Source: an uncultured Aquificales bacterium (GTDB lineage: Bacteria; Thermosulfidibacterota; Thermosulfidibacteria; Thermosulfidibacterales; Thermosulfidibacteraceae). Taken from it: a stretch of DNA of 64,000 nt. The stretch's first letter is position 1, and every line of letters begins with the position of its first letter. Both the position numbers and the translations under genes were made by a program. The stretch covers positions 4,997-68,996 of the forward strand of contig CAYVOC010000003.1 in the NCBI GenBank assembly GCA_964453345.1. The letters run 5' to 3'. Positions 28,845-37,347 of this stretch are shown here, piece by piece. Under the pieces are notes generated by a model. It worked only from the letters and a program-made list of their open reading frames with translations. It was not told the DNA's origin and made no database searches.

Positions 28845-29873
28845 ATGCGAAGGGTTTTTGTGAACTATAAATTGTTGGTTGTGCTCTTACTGGGTTTGTT
28901 TTTGGTGGCTTGTGAGGTTGCCCCCACGGTTGATATGGGCAAGCTTTCTAAGAATCCAGAGGATATGAAGATTGCAAAAATAAAACCGCCAACTTACGTT
29001 GTGAAAAAGCAAAAACCCAGAATAGTTGTTCTCCCTTTTGAAGATAACACCAATGTTTCTAATTGTAATCTCGGGAAAATTGCCACGGATACCGTTCACA
29101 ATGTTCTCGCTTCTGCTGGTTCCTACAGAGTGGTTGAGAGATCGAAGGCAAAGGCCATTGCAAGGGAACTTGGATTCCAGGAGAGTCACGGAGTTGATTG
29201 GGACAAGATAGAGCAGAAGTATTTTGCCCTGGGTAAGAATATAAATTATGCTGTTGTTGGCACGGTAACAGCAGCAGATTATGAAATTAATCGCGGAAAG
29301 GTTCCCGGCGTTACTGCTAAGGTTATTCTCAATGTTAGGATCATAGATCTTCGCAAGGGTGAAGTCGTTCAGGCCTTTGAGGTTAGCGGTGATGTTTATA
29401 AAAGCGGAACAACCATGCTGAACTGTGGTATGTTCCAGGAGGCTGTTAAGGAAGCCGTTACCTGTCCTCTCTTGGTTAAGCTTAGAGAAACTATTCCCCA
29501 GTTTGGTTACATAAGAGAGATAAGAACGTATCCCATGAAGGATAACAAGGTTGCCAAGGTTCTCTTTATAAATCTTGGCAGCTCCGATGGATTAAAACCG
29601 GGTGACAAGGTGAAGATTATAAGGCTTGAGAGAAGCAGGGATCCTGTTACCGGCAAAGTATCTTTCAGATACGTTGAAATAGGTGAGGGAGTTGTGGCGA
29701 AAAACGGACTTATGCCTAATGAGAGTATGGTGTTGGTTAACGATCCGGCGGTTATCCCGAAGTTGAGGGTGGGATACCTTGTGAGACCTACTGCTGCCAA
29801 GGTCGAAGCCCGTTGTGCTGCTGGTGCCTTTGGAGAAGGTTTTATGAAGTTCTTGGATTCTCTTTCCAAGTAA
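28845..29873 (+). CDS. CsgG/HfaB-like lipoprotein with a FlgT-C-like domain
   Basis: Lipobox LVAC; KPRIVVLPFED, YRVVERSK and LNVRIIDLRKGEVV; C-terminal FINLGSSDGLKPGD...DPVTG. Confidence 0.75.
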   Translation: MRRVFVNYKLLVVLLLGLFLVACEVAPTVDMGKLSKNPEDMKIAKIKPPTYVVKKQKPRIVVLPFEDNTNVSNCNLGKIATDTVHNVLASAGSYRVVERSKAKAIARELGFQESHGVDWDKIEQKYFALGKNINYAVVGTVTAADYEINRGKVPGVTAKVILNVRIIDLRKGEVVQAFEVSGDVYKSGTTMLNCGMFQEAVKEAVTCPLLVKLRETIPQFGYIREIRTYPMKDNKVAKVLFINLGSSDGLKPGDKVKIIRLERSRDPVTGKVSFRYVEIGEGVVAKNGLMPNESMVLVNDPAVIPKLRVGYLVRPTAAKVEARCAAGAFGEGFMKFLDSLSK

Positions 29874-29892
29874 GCTTTGAGGAGGGTTAGAT

Positions 29893-31086
29893 ATGAAGCG
29901 TATAGCTGCTTTGTTTGTGGTTTTAGGGTTGGTTTTGGCTTGTGCCAAGCCGAAACCTAAGCCTGTGTCGCTGGAGGATACGCCTCAGCATCACTATTTG
30001 CAGGGGATGGAGCTTGTTGAAGAGGGGAAGATAGATGAGGCTGAACAGAGATTTGATAGGGCAGTATATCTGGATCCTGACTATGCCCGGGCTTATGCTG
30101 GTAAAGCCTTGGTGTATGCCATTAGAGCCGGCTCTCAGAGGGATAAAGAGCATGCAGCAGTGGACCTTGAGAGGGCTCTCGATTATCTGAAGAAGGCCTG
30201 TAAGAAGGCAAAAGACGATACGGATAAGTTCTCGGTGTATGTGACGGCTATTAGGGTTTATACCGAGGGTCACCCTGATGGCTGGCTTGATAGGGCCAAG
30301 GAGTATTATGATGATGCCATGGAGCTTGAAAAGGTCGATGAGGGCGGATTGATCTACTACCAGACTAAGGCTGCGGCTCCCTATTTCATGGGAATTGCCT
30401 ACTATAAGGCATACGCTTTCCACAAGGCTGAGGAGATGTTAGGAAGGGTTCTTTCGATGAAGCCAGGCAAATGGCATGATCCTGCAGATAGACTCTATAA
30501 AAAGATCCAGAAGATATTGAGGGCTTCTGCGGAGTATACTCTGACCAAGGTTGCCAAAAAAATCGCCGTTAAGGATAGGGTAGGCAGAGGGGATGTGGCA
30601 GCTTTGCTGGTTGATGAGTTGCACCTGGATAAGTTCTTTGCGGGAAGGATATCATCCAGGACCAACAGGCCTGAGCCCGATTTCGTCCCCGCTGATGTTG
30701 TGAATCACATGTTCAGGCGTGAGATAATGACGGTGCTGAAGTGGCATATAAGGGGACTTGAACCTCAGTATGATCCAACCACAAAGGCCTACCTGTTTAA
30801 GCCTGATGAGCCTCTCAAGAGGAAGGAGCTGGCTTTGATCCTTGAGGATTTGCTCATCAAGATAACCGGTGATCAGAGTTTGGCGACCAAATATTTTGGA
30901 GCGGATCACTCCCCCTTCCCCGATGTTCCTCCTACGGTTCCCTGGTTTAATGCTGTGATGAATGTGGTGAGCAGGGGCTTGATGGAAACGGATCTTTCCG
31001 GTGATTTTAGACCCGATGATTACGTTGATGGTGCCGAATTGCTACTTGCCATTATGAAATTGCGCAATGTGCTTCATAACTATTAA
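29893..31086 (+). CDS. TPR lipoprotein with C-terminal SLH-like repeats
   Basis: Lipobox VLAC; TPRs (YLQGMEL...AVYLDPDY); SLH-like PFPDVPPTVPWFNAVMNVVSRGLM...FRPDDYVDGAELL and FKPDEPLKRKELA. Confidence 0.72.
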   Translation: MKRIAALFVVLGLVLACAKPKPKPVSLEDTPQHHYLQGMELVEEGKIDEAEQRFDRAVYLDPDYARAYAGKALVYAIRAGSQRDKEHAAVDLERALDYLKKACKKAKDDTDKFSVYVTAIRVYTEGHPDGWLDRAKEYYDDAMELEKVDEGGLIYYQTKAAAPYFMGIAYYKAYAFHKAEEMLGRVLSMKPGKWHDPADRLYKKIQKILRASAEYTLTKVAKKIAVKDRVGRGDVAALLVDELHLDKFFAGRISSRTNRPEPDFVPADVVNHMFRREIMTVLKWHIRGLEPQYDPTTKAYLFKPDEPLKRKELALILEDLLIKITGDQSLATKYFGADHSPFPDVPPTVPWFNAVMNVVSRGLMETDLSGDFRPDDYVDGAELLLAIMKLRNVLHNY

Positions 31087-31104
31087 AATTCTGGAGGTGT
31101 AAAA

Positions 31105-32013
31105 ATGCTGAGAAGGGCGGTCAGTTTTTTGGGGTGTTTGCTTTTGGCCTTTGGCACCCTTTGGGCTCAGGGGTGGGAGGAGATAACTACACCGGTTAAA
31201 ATATTTGAAGAGGGCTACATCCAGGTTATTGGTCTGTCGGAGGAGGGACAGAGCCGCTTCAGGGCTATAAGGGCGGCGGAGGTTGATGCCCAGAGGAAGC
31301 TTTTAGAGATCATACAGGGTCTCTCTCTTTATGGGGAGACAACCGTCAGGGACGGGATGCTCCAGAGCGATGTTGTGAGAACAACGGTCAGAGGATTTCT
31401 CAGGGGAGCGGTAAAGTGTGGAGAGAAGTATTACCCCGATAGAGGATACGCTGAGGTTTGCATGAGGCTTTACATAAGGGGCAGAGGCGGAATGTATGAT
31501 GTGATTCTGCCCCTCATGAAGAAGGAGAAGCTTCTCCCACCGCCTCTTCCGGAGTATAAGCCTAAGCTGATCCCCAAGGTTGTTGAGGAAGGGAAAAAGG
31601 AGGTTGTGGTGCCCGAAAAGAAGGAGGAAGCGCCTTCTAAGCCTGAGGTGGCTGCTCCCTCTGAGCTCAAGACGGTTTATGATGGGCTTATAGTGGATGT
31701 TAGAAACTTTAACTTCAAGCCCGCCCTTGTTAACAGGATCATAACGGAGAAGAAGGAAGTGGTTTTTGATCCTTCCAAGATTGCAAGCAACATACTTATC
31801 GAGAGGGGATGCGGCGGCTTTACCACCGATCTCGGCAAGGCAAAGGCTCTTCTCGCATCCTGGGGTTCCAAGAATCCCATGGTTGTGAAGGCTGTGGGTG
31901 TTTATAAATCCACCGACGCTGAGGTTTCCTCTGACGATGCCGCTGCTATCTTTGTCCACGATCAGAAGAGCAACTTCCTCGCTGAGGCAAGGGTTGTTTT
32001 TCTACTGAAATAG
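31105..32013 (+). CDS. LPP20-like exported protein
   Basis: Signal ending LWA; AIRAAEVDAQRKLLEIIQG...ETTVRD; C-terminal YDGLIVD.R...KPAL...NPMVVKA...DAEVS..DA. Confidence 0.7.
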   Translation: MLRRAVSFLGCLLLAFGTLWAQGWEEITTPVKIFEEGYIQVIGLSEEGQSRFRAIRAAEVDAQRKLLEIIQGLSLYGETTVRDGMLQSDVVRTTVRGFLRGAVKCGEKYYPDRGYAEVCMRLYIRGRGGMYDVILPLMKKEKLLPPPLPEYKPKLIPKVVEEGKKEVVVPEKKEEAPSKPEVAAPSELKTVYDGLIVDVRNFNFKPALVNRIITEKKEVVFDPSKIASNILIERGCGGFTTDLGKAKALLASWGSKNPMVVKAVGVYKSTDAEVSSDDAAAIFVHDQKSNFLAEARVVFLLK

Positions 32014-32021
32014 ACCTTTTA

Positions 32022-32052
32022 AAGAAGGGGGCTGTAAATCAGCCCCCTTCTT
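32022..32052. terminator. Perfect 13-bp hairpin, probable bidirectional intrinsic terminator
   Basis: AAGAAGGGGGCTG-TAAAT-CAGCCCCCTTCTT, starting 9 nt after the stop of the last gene of the exported-protein block. Confidence 0.8.
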
Positions 32053-32092
32053 GGGCCTTCCCTTCTATCTTTCCGTGGAGAGTGATGGGTCG

Positions 32093-32992
32093 ATGAATCT
32101 TATCGGGAAGAGCTGGTGGGAGCTTTTTTCTGAGGCGGTTCGCTGCAGGTTTGAGGTGAGGGGGGATTTCTTTGAGTTCTGTTCCATTATAAATGCGAAA
32201 AGCGGCATATGTAATGGCGGTTGTGGTTTTTGTGCTCAGGCCTATCCCTCTAAAACTAAGGCTCCTGTCTATCCGCTTGTGGGTGTGGATGAGATGCTCA
32301 AAGGAGCCGTTGAAGCGAAGAAGAACGGAGCTATACGCTATAGCATTGTGACAAGCGGTAGATCTCTTGGCGAGTCTGAGATAGGGATTGTCGCTGAGGC
32401 GGTTGGGAGGATCAAAAGGGAGGTGGGGATAGAGGTTGATGTCTCCCTTGGAATTATACCCGATGAGTTTATTGAGGAGCTGAAGGCGGCAGGGGTCAGA
32501 AGGATACATCATAATCTGGAGTCCTCTGAAAGATTTTATCCTGTGATAACCGATAGGATTGACTGGAGGGAGAAGTTCAAATTCTGCGAGAGGGTTAAGG
32601 AGCATGGTCTTGAGCTTTGCTGCGGGGGGCTTTTCGGGTTGGGGGAGGGAGAGGAGGACTGGAAGCTGCTTGCCGATGCCCTTGAGTCCTTAGAGGTTGA
32701 TTCTATACCCTTGAACTTTCTTATTCCCATACCAGGGACTCCTCTCGGTGGTGAGAGAAGGCTTTCACCGGTGGATTGTATAAAGATCGCTTCTTACTTC
32801 AGGTTGAGGTTTCCCAAGGCTGAGCTTAGGGTCTGTGGGGGTAGAGAGTATAACCTCGGTCAGTTGCAGGCCCTTCTGCCATTGGTTGTTGACGGCTTTA
32901 TGGTGGGAGGGTATCTGACCCGTCCGGGAAGGGATCCGGCTCTGGATAGGGAACTTATAGAATCCCTGGGGCTGAGGCTTGCGGGGCTTTGA
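32093..32992 (+). CDS. bioB: Biotin synthase-like radical SAM enzyme (short N-terminus, altered auxiliary-cluster ligands)
   Basis: CSIINAKSGICNGGCGFCAQ, HHNLESS, CCGGLFGLGE, SIPLNFL.PIPGTP and LRVCGGRE. The start is uncertain. Confidence 0.85.
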   Translation: MNLIGKSWWELFSEAVRCRFEVRGDFFEFCSIINAKSGICNGGCGFCAQAYPSKTKAPVYPLVGVDEMLKGAVEAKKNGAIRYSIVTSGRSLGESEIGIVAEAVGRIKREVGIEVDVSLGIIPDEFIEELKAAGVRRIHHNLESSERFYPVITDRIDWREKFKFCERVKEHGLELCCGGLFGLGEGEEDWKLLADALESLEVDSIPLNFLIPIPGTPLGGERRLSPVDCIKIASYFRLRFPKAELRVCGGREYNLGQLQALLPLVVDGFMVGGYLTRPGRDPALDRELIESLGLRLAGL

Positions 32993-35495
32993 TCTGGAGG
33001 GGCTGCCTTCCGGGCTTAGGGACAGGCTTGCAAAAGAGGGTTTTGTTGAGCCTCTAAGCTTCTGTTTTTATGTGAGCAATTACCTGTCCAATCAGCTTCT
33101 CAGGCATCCGGAGTGGATAGAGGAGTTTTTTCTGAATAGGGGTTACCTGAGGAGTTTGACAAGGCAGGAGTATATGGAGCTTTTTGCCAATCTTTCGCCG
33201 CAGCAGATCAGGTCTGTTTTCAGAAAAGAGCATGTGAGGCTTGGGATAAGGGATCTTTTGCGGGCCGCCGATACGCCGAGGGTGCTGAGGGAGCTGAGTC
33301 ATCTTGCGGATGGGGTTATAGGCAGGGCTCTGGATATAGCCCTTGAGGATGTCTCTTTAAATAGTGTTCCGCCGGAGATGCCTGTTTGCTGCGTGGTTGC
33401 TCTGGGAAAACTTGGGGGGGAGGAGCTCAATTATTACTCCGATGTGGATGTTATGTATGTTTACCGCAAGTTCAGGGGAAGGTGTTCTGACGGGAGGGGG
33501 GATCTGGAGTTCTTCACGAGGGTTTTTTCAAAGCTCGGCAGGATCCTTTCGGAGTATGGGGAGGATGGGCCTATATACCATGTGGATCTCAGGCTCAGGC
33601 CCCAGGGAAGGAGAGGACTTTTGTGCATGCCGGTTGAGGCCTATGAGGCCTATTACGAGTCCTTCGGGAGGACCTGGGAACGGGCCATGCTCATAAGGTC
33701 GAGGCTGTGCGCTGGAGATTCTTCCCTTTTTGATGATTTTTTTAAGAGGATCACGCCCTTTGTTTACAGAAAGCATCTGGATTTTTCTGCGCTTGAAGAA
33801 ATCCGGCAGCTCAAGGAGATGATTGACAGGGAGGCTGAGGGGAAGGATTCGGATATAAAGGTGGGCAGGGGGGGAATCAGAGAGATAGAGTTTATTGTCC
33901 AGGCCTTTCAGCTTGTCTTTGGGGGAAGGAACGACTGGTTGAGGGTGGGGAATCTCTTTTTGGCCTTGGACAGGCTGAAGGCTTCAGGCCTTATAGGCTA
34001 TGAGGAGCACAGTATTCTGAGCCAGGCCTACGCCTTTTATAGAAAGCTTGAGAATAGGCTCCAGATGATGAACTGCACCCGGACTCATGCTCTGCCTGCT
34101 AAGGGAATTGATAGGGTGGCGACCTCCATGGGCTATCAGTCTGAGGAAGCCTTTCTTGAGGATCTGGAGTTTTATCGGAGCAATGTGAGAAAGATTTTTG
34201 AGGAGGTTATGGAGACGCCCGAAGGGGATAGACGTCACGTTGTCTATCAGTGGAGGGCGCCGGGCATTAGCAGGGTCATTGATTTTATAACCCGGGAGCA
34301 CAGGGAGAAGGCTGAGGAGGTTTTATACCGGGTTATGGAGGAGGCGCAGGATGTGGCAAGTCCCTCAATGGTGATCAAGAATCTGGCCGATCTGATCGGC
34401 ATCATGAAATATTCAAAGCTTGCCTTTTTTGATCTTTTTCTGGAAAGCCCGGGATTCAGAAGAGCGTTGATAAGGCTTTTTGGGAACAGCCAGTATCTTT
34501 CAAGGTTGCTTCTCGGTCATCCGGAGCTGATGGACACCCTTTTTGAGCCGAAGGGGATGGAGGAGTTCCCCAAAGAGGATCTGGAGAGATGGGTTCTTGG
34601 AAGGATTTTGTATGTTGGCGTGGCCGAGGTGACCGGAAGGTTTAATATTTTCAGGGTGTTTAGCGAGCATTCAAAGACGGCGGAGGTCTTTATAAGGGAA
34701 TACTGTAGAAGGTCCTCCGGCAATAGGCCCTCTGTGGTTGTGCTGGCCCTTGGAAAGCTTGGCAGCAGGGAACTCACCTATCACTCCGATCTTGATCTGG
34801 TTTTTGTGGGAGAGGTGAGCGACGATGAGCTGTATCGGGACTTTTACACTGGGCTTTTGAATAACGGGGTGTATGAGGTTGATGTCAGGCTGAGACCCTT
34901 CGGAAGCAGGGGCGTTATGGTTAATACACCGGATAGTCTCGGTGATTATTTCAGCAGACACGGCAGAACCTGGGAGCGGCTGGCCTACAGCAGGGCCAGG
35001 GTGGTATATGCAGAGGGGGAGGCCCTTGCTGGAAAAACCCTTGAGATTGTCAGGGATTTTGTCTTTTCTGGGGATCTGTCGGCGGATGAGGTCTGGGACA
35101 TGAGGATGAGGCTTGAGAGGGATCTTGGAAGGTCTCCCTATGATGTGAAGTATTCTTCAGGCGGCTTGGTGGATCTTGAGTTTGCGGCTCAGTTTTTGGC
35201 CATAACTGAGGGCATAGATGTGAGGCACCCCTTGGGGATTTTTGCAAGGGCCTGTAAAATGAAAAGGGTTGCTGACTGGGATGGCGTCAGGGAGAGCTAT
35301 CTGTTTTTGAGGAGGCTTGAGAATCTTTTGAGGTTGGTGTTTTATCCCCCTCTTAAGGAGCTGCCGAGGAAGGGGGACAGGCTCTCCATGCTTGCAAGGG
35401 CCATGGGGATGGGGGAGCATGAGCTTGTGGATAAATACATGGAGGTGAAGGAATACAACAGGGGCCTTCTAAAGAGGGTTCTGGATATGCGATAG
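32979..35495 (+). CDS. glnE: Glutamine synthetase adenylyltransferase / adenylyl-removing enzyme
   Basis: Two nucleotidyltransferase motifs, ALGKLGGEELNYYSDVD and ALGKLGSRELTYHSDLD; VDLRLRPQG; KVGRGGIREIEFIVQ. Confidence 0.93.
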   Translation: MRGFDLEGLPSGLRDRLAKEGFVEPLSFCFYVSNYLSNQLLRHPEWIEEFFLNRGYLRSLTRQEYMELFANLSPQQIRSVFRKEHVRLGIRDLLRAADTPRVLRELSHLADGVIGRALDIALEDVSLNSVPPEMPVCCVVALGKLGGEELNYYSDVDVMYVYRKFRGRCSDGRGDLEFFTRVFSKLGRILSEYGEDGPIYHVDLRLRPQGRRGLLCMPVEAYEAYYESFGRTWERAMLIRSRLCAGDSSLFDDFFKRITPFVYRKHLDFSALEEIRQLKEMIDREAEGKDSDIKVGRGGIREIEFIVQAFQLVFGGRNDWLRVGNLFLALDRLKASGLIGYEEHSILSQAYAFYRKLENRLQMMNCTRTHALPAKGIDRVATSMGYQSEEAFLEDLEFYRSNVRKIFEEVMETPEGDRRHVVYQWRAPGISRVIDFITREHREKAEEVLYRVMEEAQDVASPSMVIKNLADLIGIMKYSKLAFFDLFLESPGFRRALIRLFGNSQYLSRLLLGHPELMDTLFEPKGMEEFPKEDLERWVLGRILYVGVAEVTGRFNIFRVFSEHSKTAEVFIREYCRRSSGNRPSVVVLALGKLGSRELTYHSDLDLVFVGEVSDDELYRDFYTGLLNNGVYEVDVRLRPFGSRGVMVNTPDSLGDYFSRHGRTWERLAYSRARVVYAEGEALAGKTLEIVRDFVFSGDLSADEVWDMRMRLERDLGRSPYDVKYSSGGLVDLEFAAQFLAITEGIDVRHPLGIFARACKMKRVADWDGVRESYLFLRRLENLLRLVFYPPLKELPRKGDRLSMLARAMGMGEHELVDKYMEVKEYNRGLLKRVLDMR

Positions 35496-35533
35496 TTCTG
35501 AATTACAAAAGCCTTACGGGTCCTGCTGCTCCC

Positions 35534-36316
35534 ATGCTTCTGCTGGCGGAGAGGCTGGGAGCGGTCGTCTTTGCCCTACCGGGCGGTTCTGTTGAAAGGC
35601 GGGCTTCAGAGCTTGGCCTGGCCTTTAGGCCTTTGAATTTTGCCGGGCTTCTCTCCTTCAGGGGCACCTTTATAACCGTCAGAAGCAGGGATACTCTAAT
35701 GGCCCTTCTTGCATCTCTTGTTGGGGGATCGGGGGTCGTCAGGCTTGATTTTGTGGGAAGGGACTGCTTCTGGGACAGATTCTTAAAGAAAGTGCCCCTT
35801 GAGAGGCTTGGGTGGGTGCGGGTTGAGAAGGGACTTCCCAAGAAGAGGAGGGGATGGGTGACGGTTGCTGTGGTTTCGAGGCTGAAGCCCGGAAGGGGAC
35901 TTGAGGGCCTCTTTGATGGGCTTTCCCTTTGCAGGTTGAAATTTAGGCTTTACGTTATTGGCGGGGGCGATTTCGGCATACTCGGTGGGCCAAGGGGGCT
36001 GGATGTTGTATGGATAAAGAAGAAGGTTTCCGATTTCAGGAGGCTTTTGGGAAGCATGGATCTTCTTCTTTACACTTCAGCCGGAACGGATAAGAGCTGC
36101 AGAGCCGTTCTTGAGGCCATGGAGGCGGGGGTGGCGGTCGCTACTATGGAGCCCCTATCCTACAGGTATGTGGATGACAGGGTGGGTTTGAGGGTGAGGG
36201 AGGCTTCCGCTGTTGATAGGCTTCTCTCTGTTCCCAAGGAGCTTAAGAAAAGGCAGCTCAACTCCAGAAGGAGGGCTTTCTCCTACGATTACAGGAAGGT
36301 GGAGGTTCCGTTTTGA
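35534..36316 (+). CDS. Short/divergent GT4-like glycosyltransferase (start uncertain)
   Basis: VAVVSRLKPGRG and AVLEAMEAGVAV. The frame is open upstream to 35435. Confidence 0.6.
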   Translation: MLLLAERLGAVVFALPGGSVERRASELGLAFRPLNFAGLLSFRGTFITVRSRDTLMALLASLVGGSGVVRLDFVGRDCFWDRFLKKVPLERLGWVRVEKGLPKKRRGWVTVAVVSRLKPGRGLEGLFDGLSLCRLKFRLYVIGGGDFGILGGPRGLDVVWIKKKVSDFRRLLGSMDLLLYTSAGTDKSCRAVLEAMEAGVAVATMEPLSYRYVDDRVGLRVREASAVDRLLSVPKELKKRQLNSRRRAFSYDYRKVEVPF

Positions 36317-37347
36317 GGATTGTTCAGGCCATATCAAGGTCCGGCTGTTCCTCGGGGGGGAGCATCCAGGCCCTTCTTCTTGCCAAGGCCCTGAAGGATC
36401 TGGGACACAGGGTGCTCTTTGTTTCGAGGGGCGGTGATTGTGAAAGGCGGGCTGTGGAACTCGGGGTTGAGCATGCGTCCAACCCCATGGGTAATAATCC
36501 GGCGGATCTTGCAAGGTTCGCCCTTTTGTGCAGGAAAGCCGATGTTATCCACGCCCACAAGGGAAGGGCCCTCTTCTACGCCCTGTTTGCCAAGCTGGTG
36601 GCGGGCGGAATCAGAGTCTTTGCCAACAGGGGAGTGAGCTTTCCCTTGGAGTGGGGAAACAGGTGGAAGTATAGGCTTTCAGATGGGGTGGTGTGTGTTT
36701 CCTTCGGGATAGTGAGGGATCTTGCAAGGGAAGGGCTTGATCCCCGAAGGCTGAGGGTGGTTTACGGGAGCGTGGATGGCAGGTTCTTTGGCGCTGCTCC
36801 CTGCAGGATACCCGGGCTTGAGGATGGGGATTTTGCGGTTCTTCTTGTGGGCAACTTCAGACCCTGGAAGGGGCATTTGATACTTGCAGAGGCTGCCTCC
36901 CGTCTGCTTGATAGGGCCAAGAATCTCACCCTTGTGTTTGCCGGTAAAGAGAAGAAGAGCCTTCTGGAGCAGGTGAGGAATAGATTTGAGGGTAAGCTTA
37001 TAAGCCTCGGATACAGAAGGGATGTGGAGAGGGTAATGGCGGCGTCCCAGATACTGGTCAACGCTTCAACGGAAGGTGAGGGGGTTCCCGGAGTGTTGAG
37101 GGAGGCCATGGCTGTTGGGGTGTGTGTTGTTGCCTCATCCCTTGAGGGAAACAGGGAGATGATTGAGCACAAAAAGAACGGGTATCTTTTTGGGGTGGGA
37201 AGGGCTGAAGAGCTTTCCGCTCTGCTTGAGAAGCTCTTCCATAACCCCAAGCTCAGGATGCGGGCCGCTGTGAACGGTAAGAGATACGCCACAAGATTCA
37301 CCTTGGAGAACAGGGCCAGGGCCATGCTGAGGGTTTACGGTGGTTGA
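36313..37347 (+). CDS. GT4 family glycosyltransferase
   Basis: SGGSIQAL, IHAHKG, VGNFRPWKGH and EGVPGVLREAMAVG. Confidence 0.9.
   Translation: MRIVQAISRSGCSSGGSIQALLLAKALKDLGHRVLFVSRGGDCERRAVELGVEHASNPMGNNPADLARFALLCRKADVIHAHKGRALFYALFAKLVAGGIRVFANRGVSFPLEWGNRWKYRLSDGVVCVSFGIVRDLAREGLDPRRLRVVYGSVDGRFFGAAPCRIPGLEDGDFAVLLVGNFRPWKGHLILAEAASRLLDRAKNLTLVFAGKEKKSLLEQVRNRFEGKLISLGYRRDVERVMAASQILVNASTEGEGVPGVLREAMAVGVCVVASSLEGNREMIEHKKNGYLFGVGRAEELSALLEKLFHNPKLRMRAAVNGKRYATRFTLENRARAMLRVYGG

Noticed and set aside
32013-32093. BirA operator upstream of bioB
   Set aside because: The only palindrome is the terminator-like hairpin; no TGTxAACC-N14/15-GGTTxACA-type site is present.
19400-32100. Prophage, ICE or integrase-type origin for the low-GC block
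   Set aside because: There is no recombinase, transposase, phage gene, flanking tRNA or visible direct repeat.
35487-35534. Programmed -1 frameshift or GlnE-GT fusion
   Set aside because: There is no slippery heptamer or stimulatory structure, and glnE ends at a plausible C-terminus.
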